NCBI RefSeq assembly: GCF_964204865.1
Contig: NC_135254.1
Coordinates: 23,684,001-23,748,000, forward strand
Source of the DNA: Styela clava
Taxonomy: Eukaryota
Reading direction: 5' to 3'
DNA: 64,000 nt
Part shown: positions 28,101 through 40,100 of the stretch, in pieces
How positions within the stretch are numbered: position 1 is the stretch's first letter
How the letters are laid out: the number at the start of each line of letters is the position of its first letter
Notes under the pieces: generated by a model
Seen by the model: only the letters and a program-made list of their open reading frames with translations
Database searches by the model: none
Told to the model about the DNA's origin: nothing
Translations under genes and position numbers: made by a program

Positions 28101-31100
28101 TTTCCTTGATTTTGACAGGTCGCAAAAAAAGGGATATTGGCATTCGTAGTCGAACAAAAAGAGGAACAGGTTCTATAGTAACAATAACAGAAGATTACAA
28201 AAATCAATTTTTACACTCTCATAATAATGCAAGATCGAATGCGTATCCACAAGGGTCAAACATTATACTAATGGAATGGAATGATGAAATTGCTGCCAAT
28301 GCAGAAAGTTATGCAGAGTAAGTGTGTAAATATGAAGAACTTGAATTCATTCATATCATGACAAAATGCAATCTTTATTTATTTGTATGAAAATTATATA
28401 TGAAAAATCATTTTTTAAAATCATTCTTTCCCTTTGTATACGAGGCTCTTGTTCTATATTTATACATGTGCTAAATTTTCAGAAGTATCTAAAGGACTGG
28501 GTTTGTATTTATCTCGAAGTTTATTTCATCCTATGAGATCTTTTGCCAGTTATATCTTTTGAATACATGGCTATGGTTTGTGGAGGAAGCCCCATCCTAA
28601 TCTACCATGTTAGCTTGAAACTTCCCACCCCCTGAGAAATCCAGCAATCTGCCATATTCAATCATTCGAAAGGTGTTTTAATTAGATGATATTATAATTA
28701 TCTCAATTTTGAGATTTCTATTTTCCTATTCTGTATTTTGGGCATTGTAACATATATTTGGCTAACTTGTTTTGACATTATTGCAACCTATTTTTTATGA
28801 ATGAATAAGAAATCAATTAGAGTGTGTTATTATTAGTAACTAAAACTTCTAACCATAATTAATGTAAGGAATAGGATTTCATTTTACTCATTCCATCAGG
28901 ATTTATCTTTTAACAATAAACTACCGTTGTGCAATTCCATATTCAGCCAGGTATAATACACACTTTCAAGGTCAAATTTTGTTTTCGGAATAAGGAGTTT
29001 TTTGTATTAACATAGAAAATGTCACAAAAAATATTAATTGATTTTTTATGCCTAATTACTATCCAATGTCTTTTAATTTCATTTGGAAGAGCCTGTTAGA
29101 AGCAGATCATGCTTGTTTCATAAAACATACCCAGTTCAACAAAAATTTAGCCTTAATAAAGATAGCGAAAGACATTTAATTAATACAATACAATTAATTA
29201 TCTCAAGTGTTAGCTGCAGTCATTGTCTCATCTAGGTTGTTTCTCTCGTTTTGCCAAATCGGCAAAACTTTAGGGACATAAATCACCAAGTGTCACCCAA
29301 ATTAATGACAGGCAAAAACAGGCTCTCACGTCGACCTTATGAGCTTTTAAAAAGAAAGTTGACCAATAATAGCACATCATGACTGGGATGTGACGCAACC
29401 CCCCGCTTGGGGTATTATGCTTAGGATTGAGAAATTTTCCTGATTCATGTGCTAAAATGCAAATGCGTATTATCTATTGATACATATTATACAAGGAGAA
29501 GCCTGGTTTCAGAACTAGTAGACAACCAATGTAATTCAGAAAGTGTAAAAAATCATTTACCCTTTTGTTATTTGTAAATAGGCAATGCACTTGGGGTCAT
29601 AGCACTTCCGCATCAAGAGTTACGAGTGACCATGGTCAACTAGGAGAAAATCTTGCAATATATACCAGAGGAAATTCCTTGAGCAATATTGCCAATGCTG
29701 CTGTTGTTGACTGGGCTGATGAAGTATGTGTGTTTTGCATGTTTTTTATATATTGTTGTTGATGCAATATACTTTATACTCTGTTTTGGAAATACTGTAT
29801 AGTATTGATGTCACACTTAATGTTAAATTGATTATTCTTTAGTCCCTATTAGTTGGGGTTACGTAAGACTAACTATTTTTTATTGCTCTATGTCTTTGTG
29901 CTGCATATAATGTGAGGATTGTGCAACAAGATTAATGATGACTATTTTATTTGATTCAAGAGTCTTACTGCACACTAACACAAATTTATTTCTATAATGT
30001 TTTATCTGTCCTCATCCAGGCAAAAAATATCATTCTTTAGTTAAGCATTTTGCTTTAAGAGTGAAGGAAATATCTACCTTTAGCTTTTTGATTCAGCGAA
30101 AAAAAGTAATGTTTTAATAATAGTACTTTAAGTATCCAAAATTTGGTAAAATGAAATTTGAGAAGAAAAATATTGCTTTGTCATCAGATTGAATTAACTG
30201 TATTTATTATCAGGCAATTGTGATAATGTTCAAAAATGTTCTGATAATATCATGACCCAAATGTGTATATACTGGAGTGAAAATTTCTTATTATACAAAA
30301 CTGCTTTTGTTGTATGCAATGGGTAGAAAGATAACATTATAACACTTCATAATGTATTCGCAATTAAAGATTCTAGAACATTAACATTAATACAGAAGCT
30401 GTTTTTCAAGTATTTGAGTGCTTATTGTATGATCTGTTTTATTGCATCAAAATCTTGGTTCATCTTTTTATCTTTTTATATTGCTTAATACTTGAAATAA
30501 TAAATATTATCAGCTTGATTTTCAATCTTTCTCACATTATATTTTTACTAAAATATGTTTTTATAATCCTACATTTTTAGGTAGCTTTCTACAATTTCAG
30601 CACTTTATCGTGTCAAGATACAGAAGTTTGTGGACATTATACACAAGTTATCTGGGATGACAGTTATGCTTTGGGCTGCGCCATTGCTGACTGCGAGGAA
30701 GCAGACATTGAAAATGATCCATTTACTGACGCAACGTATCAAGGAGCTTATTATATTGTTTGTCAATATGGACCAGGAGGAAATTTCAAGTTGGTATCTC
30801 TTGCTAAATTCAAATATATGCAAATATAGGAAATTTTTATTCTGGTTTGCATTGGATTGAATAAGTATTTCAAGAAGCTATTCATCGAATTTCACTTATA
30901 CTTTTGAATTGTTATACAACATTAATTGTTTAATTATTTTTAGCCCAAGCACTAATCCTCCATATGACGAAGGTGTTCCATGTTCAAACTGTCCTGCTGA
31001 GTTTCCAGCTTGTGATTCAACATATACTTTGTGTGCAAAGGAAACTGGTGGTGGTGGGGATGGTAATGGCGATGGAGGTAAAATTTTTATACTAAGATTG

Positions 31101-34100
31101 TTTTAAACTTCTGTATATTAAAATAAATCCTAGTCTCTAAGGTGGATAAATGGAGAATATGTGTGAGGCAAATTAAACAATTAAATAAGTTTGTTACTAA
31201 ATTAAATTTGAATTATTCTGAGTATGTCTTTGTTTATTTATGTTTGTTAGTTATAAGTAAAGTGAGAAGGTAATTTCCAATGTATGGTTTTCAAATCAGT
31301 GTTACCAATATTGTTTAGACTATGTTTAAGTATAAGAAGTAAGTGATTAGCAAAACTACTATAGTGTGCTATCTTTTATATATTATATTAATGATATATA
31401 TATTATTAATTTATATGAGTATTTCTCATCTTTTTTTGATTGCTTTTAGATGTTACCGCATCAGTGTGCTTCACCCCAACTATAACAAGCATTTCACCTC
31501 AATTTGGGACTGTTGATGATGTTATTACTATTGAAGGTATGTTCCACAAATGCCGATATTTGGTTAAAGGTTTATATTCGATTACTTTTTAATTTTATTT
31601 GAAAACAGTTTGCAAAAAATGTGGATTGCTGTTCTTTCAAACTGTTAATCCATTTAAAACCTTAAAAATGAACAACTACAAGCAATAGTCAAACAAGAAT
31701 TTAGATAAAATCATTGAGAAAGATATATCTTTTTTTTTATCTGAATTCCTCGTTCCAGGGCTAGGCTTTGTAAGTGATATGTTATCAGTTTTGTTTTGTT
31801 CGTTGTGCAACATCCATCCGCTCCATTGTATATGGACACAAATTTTGTCCATGTTCCAAAGTCGTCTTTTGCTATTGAGTTAAATTTATCTACCTGCAAA
31901 TTGTTGTGGAGAATATTTTCTTTAATGCAAAAAATCTCTTGTCACTTATCCCAAAAGTAACGCAAGTCAAATACTGTTCAAATTCCTGTTTAACTCCATA
32001 TCATTCTTAAGATTGTTGTCCAGTTCTAGTAACTTTTTATTGAAAGCAGACTATAAATTGGGTAATTAACTCTGATACATTCTCAAACATCACACATTAA
32101 ATCTGACTGCGGGTGGAAGAAACGATGGTATCATTGTCATTTATATAATTCCCAATCAGCTCAAATAAATCTTGTTCTTTCTGGGGTTGAGGGGAATTGT
32201 TTCATGTCATCTTCTATTCTATGCACACATTCTAAAATTGTATCATTCGATAATATACTGGCAATAGCCAACGCTTATTTATGAATCATGCACTGAAATC
32301 CAGCAATGCATGGATTTTTCTGTTTTATTCTGAGGTTAAATTTAATTAGGGAACTCAGTGCTACGAAATGTTTTCAGTATGCACACCTACTACTTTCCCC
32401 CAGTTTATTTTATTTTTTTCTAAGAATACGAGTTGTTCCGAGTTATAGAAATAGCATTTTTTCTTTGATTTAAGTAGGTCAGTAATCAGTAGTTTATTTT
32501 ACACATGTCGAAAATACACATTGTACATACAGAATAAAGAAAGATAAAAAAAATGCATTTCAGTGTGAAGAGAGATGCAATAAACCAGTGGTCTTACAAA
32601 ACAGGCATAGAATATCAACAGGGGATTTTCGTGCCTCCTGGTTAGAAACAAGATATTAAATACAAATACTTTAGCTATATATGATCTTATTTATATTTGG
32701 CATTGAAAAACTGGAGACATTCTTTTCAGGAACCGGATTTGGTGATGATAGTTGCAGAATATCTGTTGTTATTGGTGATGATATTTCGTGTACAGTTAAT
32801 TCATCAACAACAACCGCCATAACTTGTACTCCCAATCCTAATGCTGGTGCAAATATTGGTATTTCTTATGAGGTAATTGTTTTATACGATTATAAGATTT
32901 ATTCGCTATTGGTCATATTCAATACTTTGTATCTTTACGAAAGAAAAACTATGTGTATTGTTATAAATGCAATGTAACTTACCAAGCATAGCACATTTTA
33001 CTCTTATGACATGCATTTTTAATAGGTTGTATGCTTACAACACTAGTATTTTGTTAATTTGTGATCTATATTTGATAACAACGTTTTTTTGTACTAAACC
33101 AGTGTTGAAAATATGTTTTATACATATTACATTATTAAAGTTAAACTCTTTTTGGTGTATGAATTTCTTTTTATATAGATACTTAGTATTGAAAACTTGT
33201 TGTTATAGGTAATTGTCAATGTGTTGGGATATGGTGATGCTTTTGTTGATATACCCACAGATGCTGACAAAAGATTTGCTTTATTGCCCTCCATATCATC
33301 AATTACACCTGCTACTGGATCTTTAGCAGGAGGAACATACATTGATATATTAGGTGAGAGTGACAACATGCTATAAAACTCCTTTAAAACTATTTTTATG
33401 CTAAATTGTTTACTCAGTTATAAATATTTACCACCAGAATATAAAGCAGGTGCCCTAGTTTATGGAAAAACTCTGACATCTAACTAAATTGGTCTAAAAT
33501 TGAGATCATCGAATGAATGTAAAACTCCCAGTTGAAGTTCATCGAAATAATACCAATTTTAGTAAAACCTCCTATCTATATTAGTGTCACATTGGTTGAT
33601 CACATTGGGTTTCACGTTGCATTTTTGACCTGGGTAGGTGATTGACACATCCACTGTTATTGTTGCTATCAAATATGCCCAATTTGTTTTCTTATGATAA
33701 ATTCGAAATATTTGTATTTTTGTTATCATTTAGATTGCAATTACAAAAGTGCTCTAATATAATTTTCACTTATTTCAGGAACTGGTTTTATGGATGATGT
33801 TACAAGTGTTAACATTGGAGGGGACGATTGTGAAATAATCGGTCAAGATTATGTCAGCATCAATTGTAAAACTTCAAGTGGAAGTCAAGGATCTCAGACT
33901 GTTGGGTAAGTCAGTATCATTTGTTATATTTCCAATTTGATTGTAAAGTTAAAAACAAAATGGGATTTCTTATTCATCTTGCAAGATTAGAAATTCATCC
34001 TCAAGGTCACCCTGAGTCATTAGTTTGTTTTTAACACTTAACTAATTAGAGCATCTAATCTAATGAAAGCATCAAAACTATCATAAAAAAAACATTCTAC

Positions 34101-37100
34101 TGTATATATCTGTCTCAAGATGCTAACAATTATTTACATAAAGTTTTCTTCAAGTTAGGGATGGGCAATATAGAATACCGAATCCGGAGGATTCGAATCC
34201 CAAAGTATTCGAATCCAACAGAATCCGATAACAGGATTCGGTTTCCGCCTCTTTGGCACCATGCGTCGATTTTTGCATTTTGGGTTTCTAAATATCAATT
34301 AAAGACGAGCGTTTTTCTTGCGTGGAAATCTCTCTCGTTTAAATAGACTTGCGTCTGCTCGGAAAGAATCCGTAAAATCGGTAAACTTCAAACACTGTAA
34401 TCTCGATCGGTGTATTCTGGACAGGAAGTCTGCGAAGTACATCTCATTGCGAAGACTCGTTATTGCACCATTTTTGCGTTTTCGCCGTGCGCCAATTTTT
34501 GTATTTCGGGTTTGTAATTTATCAATTGAAGACGAGCGTTCTTTCTCACGTGGAAATTTCTCTTGTTCAATTAAACTTGTCTAATCCCAAAGAACCCGTA
34601 AAATCAGTAAACATCCAACACTGTAATCCAGGGTTGCCAGACCCCAGCGATAAAAAAGCCAAATCAAGACATAAAAAAAGCCAGAAAAAGCCAACAATTT
34701 TACTAAGTACAAAAGCGCCATGATTTGTCAGATTTTAAGCCCTTGGCAACGTACTGATGATAATGTAGAGCCATCAGTTCATTCAGTGAGGCACACAAAT
34801 AGAAAGTAAAGTTCCTATAGAACTGTAGAAAGTAAAATAAATATCAAGCGGACAGCATTATTTTACCATTCAATATATACAATACAGGGTGCCGCTTCAG
34901 TCTGTCAGTATGTAATATACAATATGTTTCTACTTAAACTTGTGCTACACCTCAACAATTCTCCCTATATCGTACTTTACTATTGAAAATTTTCTCACTT
35001 TCAAAATTTATAAACCATCAATTTTATTAAAAAATTATCTAACCCCCTGCCGCTCACAGGTGGACCACTGATATCTAATTCAGTAATTTTAACGTAGTTA
35101 ATCACATCGTTACTGCAATTGCAGAATTAAACTAAAGCTGAAAGCTCACATAAACCATATCAGGCATAAGGAAAATTGAGTTATACAACTATTTTTTGGA
35201 AACAGAACGTAAACTGACAAATAACACGCAAAACTATAAAAACGAGGAAATGTTTACAACCCTGCTGGATAATCTTTCTCCAAAATATCAGACACTTGTA
35301 AAAATTGTAGAGCATTTGAAGCTAAAAGACAAACTTAATTTGAATATGTTTAACCTTCTTGATCAAAAAAAATTTGGCACGATTCAAAGCACTAAACTGT
35401 TCACAGAATGCAGCTTGATTGGGTCAATGTTAAATAAACATTGAATGAAAAATACATGAAGATTTTTTAATATATCTTTTTAGCTTGTATATAATTTGTA
35501 GTTCATTGTTTTATATTGTTCTTTTCTGCAAGTTACAAAATAAATGATGACGGTAATCTATGTCTTTTATTGAGACTTTTCATAGTTGGCAACCCTAGTT
35601 GTTACACACTAACTATTGTATTTCATATAATTTTAATAATAGACACTAGAATAGACTTGAAAAAAGCCAAAAAAACGCCAAAAAGCCAAACGGAAATTCT
35701 AACGCCAAACACGTTTGAAAAAAGCCAAAATGGCAAATTTGGCGTTAAAAAAGCCAATATGGCAACCCTGCTGTAATCTCAATCGGCGTATTCTGGACAA
35801 GAAGTCGTGAAGTGCACTTACGACGAAGACCTGGTATTGCACCATTTTTTGCGTTTTCTTGCTTTGCTATCTAGCTAGGGTTTGATAATAATAATTATTT
35901 GTGCCGACTTACTGGCGATATTCCGATAATCTGATTGCAACAATCTTCAATTGTTTACAGGCGTGCCTCGCTTCATTTTACATTACTGCAAATGATTTTC
36001 CGCGACCGGCGAGTTTTCCACAGAAAATGATGCATGTAAACCAAAAGCCAGGCGTGAAATGTTATGACATTACTTGCGATTAATTTAAATCAAATAATAT
36101 TTAGGAATAATTTTATTACTTTTATTACACCAGTTTCGGAAATACAAAGTTATATCGCAAAACACGACAGTCTGTCGCATTTAAATTTCACTATCAAAAG
36201 ATTACATATTTTCCGGTCCGTTTTTATCGTTCAAGATAGACGCACGTTTGATCGAGTGTCTGTAGTAATTTTTTTTCGCCGATGAATTTAAAATAAAATG
36301 CCACATCTGGCGAATATAGTTACGTATTGAGTTTGAGTAGGGCCTAGACTGGGTAGATAATGATATGTAACGATAATAATAGAAAATGAATTCGTCTTTA
36401 GATGATATTAACTAATAACTAACTATGAAATCGCGTTTACGGGAACCTTGTTTTGTACGTCTTGGTCGCACGGAATAAAAAGTTGATTTCAATTGATAGT
36501 GGTTAAATTTAATATTTTACACCGGTCGCATAGGTTGCAGTGGCCACACGCTGGTCCTGCATCTAATTAATTCTCAGCGGGTTAGTTTTAGTACACTCGG
36601 CACTCCAACATTAATAATGATTTAATGCCGGTTTCATATCAATTTTTGTATTTAACCGCTTACTATTAAAGTGTTTGAAGCGTGTCTTAATTTAGCATTT
36701 CAGTATTAAGAGATTACATACATTTGGAACAATTGAGAGCAAAAATATTGTAGTATTCTTAGATTTAATTGTCCTGGGAAATGCCTGTTTAGTATCAAAT
36801 CAAATCCAATGTTAAGGACATTTCCAAATAAATAATACATTTATAGTAATACATTTACTATTTTTCTAAATCCAGCAATCAGGAAAATTCCCACTAGCCT
36901 ATTTGAATAAGTATGAAAATAGAATAGGATTCGGTATTCTGGATTCGATTCAACTATTCTAGAATATTCTAGAATAGTAAATTATTCTACCTTGCCCATC
37001 CCTACTTCAAGTCTACAATTTTGTATTTTTACCTAGTTAATAAATTGTTACATACACTGAAATTATTAGTACATATTTTTTTAACAACAATGGGTTACAG

Positions 37101-40100
37101 AACAAAATTGGCTACTGAAATTTTTTAATACAAAAGCTATGTATCTACACACATAACTGCTCACATCTGTGTTGTATAGAATTATATCTTTATCCAGAAC
37201 ATTCCTTTTTTAGGGTTGTTGTCAATTCATACCAAGCTGTTTGTTTGAGTTCCTGCGACTTTCTGTTTGATGTTTCTGTTACACCATCGGTTTCATCAAT
37301 TGAACCTAATTCTGTGTCATCAGAAAACACAGCTATACACATCACTGGAACTGGTTTTGATGGAGATTCATCGGATGTCATGATTGGTGTGTTTAATCAG
37401 TACATTATAATAAAAGTGTTTCAAATTTAAATTTAGTTGCATTCATATTGTCATATTCAGTCACATGTCTATTGTCTAATATTGTCACCTTAATTATGCT
37501 CCTGAATTTCGTATTTATAACATATGATACAAATTGTTTGGTAATTTCAAAGAAACTTTCCAAAAACATGACATTTCAGGTGATTCAACTTGCGTTATTG
37601 ATTCCATAAATGCAACTCACATTGAATGCACGATAGCAGAGTTGATTGCAGGAAATTTTGAAACAAAAGTTCACATTTCTCCTAAAGGATATGCTGACTT
37701 TGAGGCATCTAACATTGTCACTGGGTTAGTCATTTTTCACCTTATGACTAAGCATATGATGAAATGGATTGGTGTATAATATACATGAAAAAATAAATTA
37801 ACATTTATGAGAGCATTGTTTATATACAAACAGCATCAATCCGAGTGTTCATAAGGAAGGTTTCAGTCACATTTTTATTCAAATAAGGCCCTAGTCAAGT
37901 CAAGTTTATTTTTTCCAACCAGTAAAAAACAAAATACATTAAAAAAATATAAGAAAAAATGATATTTACATTACTGGGAAAAGGAAGTCGCGGGGAACCA
38001 AAACTTTGTTATTGAGCAGCGACACTCAAGGTTCTAACATCTAATGTTACAGATTGGGGAGGAAAGTTTCGAGTGATAAATACCATATGATTTTTGCAAA
38101 TTAGCCAACTAATATCAATTGTTATAGGTTATTACTAGAAATTACCGCGCATGAAATGTGCCTAGTGAGCAAACATTTACAGTTGTTGAACTTCTATACC
38201 TGGAAACTTTTTTTACAAGACCCAAAAGTGTAACACTTGTTTACATCATTCACATTTCCTATATCATTTTCATATTTAGGATTTTATATTGTAGTTACCG
38301 GTAGTAAGTATTTGTACCTTACGACTTCAGCAAAATGCTGTTGTACCTATTTCAAACCATCATTGAGAATTTAAGGAATTGTTTTTGATATTGAACAAAA
38401 TGAGCACACAGACAGAGATTGTCAATAAGTTACCGCTTATATGTTGTATATGATTGTTCCTGGGAAAAAAATTTTGCTTTTTGTTACTTCACTTACAGTA
38501 TGATTAGCATATAGCAGAACAATGATACTTCTTCTTGTATTGCATGCAGTGAATCTATTGCAACTTTGTCAGCAACATCAGGTAGTGTGTTTGGAGGATC
38601 TGTATTCACTATTGCCGGTCATGGATTCAACTCTGATGACCTGTCCGTAACATTTGATGGTTCTGATGCAGAGATTATGTTAAAAATGAATAAACTGGTG
38701 AGTTTCATGAATTATATAATCAAATTGTCAGGCTAAATATTGAATCATTATTTAGGCTTTGGTATTGCTCATCTAAACAATATATATATACAAATCGAAG
38801 ATCCCAGAAACAATTGTAAATAATAATATTCTGACCATCTCAAACACAGAGAGCCTGTTCCTTTTTGAGAATCCAAATTAATAGATTTTCAGCAAGTCTC
38901 AGACTGCCCTTCACAGAATTGTTTGTACAAAATTGTATTGGAAGCTGGGCAATCATTATTTTAGAGCTGAGAAACATCAGTGCTAGAAGCAGGCTGATTA
39001 AAATATACAAATCTATTTTTCCCATAATAAATACATATACGGTATATATTTTCTACCATTCGGCTGGGCTTTGAAATACTATTTAAACATACCCGCTTTG
39101 GTCAGCAAAGTATAGAATCATACTAAAATACCGAATATAGCACTTATTACATCTCTTGATTTATAATTGTCCTGAAGTGCTATTTTTATAACCCCAAATG
39201 ATTTACACTATAATTCTGTATATTATTGGAATAATATTATGAAAAAATTATGAAAAAATGAATATTATGAAATATTATGAAAAAATGTTTTCATAACTGT
39301 ACATGCCTGTACTGTACTATTTATTTTTAATTTAGCTTCTTGTCAAAACACCACCTGGTACTGCAGGAAATAAAGATGTTGTAATTGTATCAAATGGTGT
39401 GACTTATCCAACACTGCAATTTACTTATGATGCTGCTTTGACTCCGTTAGTCACAAGCATCTTGCCAACATCAGGTCAGTGAATAGTGTATTTGTGAAAA
39501 TAAATGAAGTGCTCTTATATATAAGAGGCTTGTGCTATCCCAGTTGATGCTTGTTCTGCAAGTCATGAGGTATCATGAAGAAAAATGGTACTCAACAAAC
39601 ATTTGGGTCACACCATGTACCTTTTTGATTGTGGTAGAAAAATATTTTTATTTCAAAATCATTTGTAGACATTCAATGTATGAAGTTAGCTATTAAGAAA
39701 TTGCTTTGCATTGCACAACTGGGGGGGGTATGTAAGTTCAAATTTTAAGGGAACTATGTGTAATATGTGAGATAAACTGTTATCTATTCACATACCTGAT
39801 ATAAACTGGAAACCGAATGACAGACCATGATTTTCGATTTTTTCCCCCATGACGAATATGAAAAATTCCATACTTTTCATAATTTCAACTTTTATATTCT
39901 AATATTCTAAATTCAACAGGTGGTGTTGGAACTACTGTCACTATAACTGGCACAATGTTGAACGCGACAGCATCAACTAATGAGGTAAAAATTGGGGATG
40001 CAATTTGTACAATAACTTCAGAAACTGCAACGGAAATTCAGTGTTCAACAGGAGAACCTTCAATTGGTGGAGAGAAAGAAATAACTGTATTTGTTGGGGG

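Noticed and set aside
28106-31106. CAP exons as an independent nested gene
   Set aside because: No own ATG or signal peptide was found. The block lies on the same strand, starts at an acceptor and ends at a donor, in phase with the flanking fibrocystin-L exons. An unseen upstream micro-exon cannot be fully excluded.
34161-36285. ORFs inside the nested hAT elements as transposases
   Set aside because: They are short, lack DDE, BED or dimerisation motifs, and partly derive from subterminal repeats.
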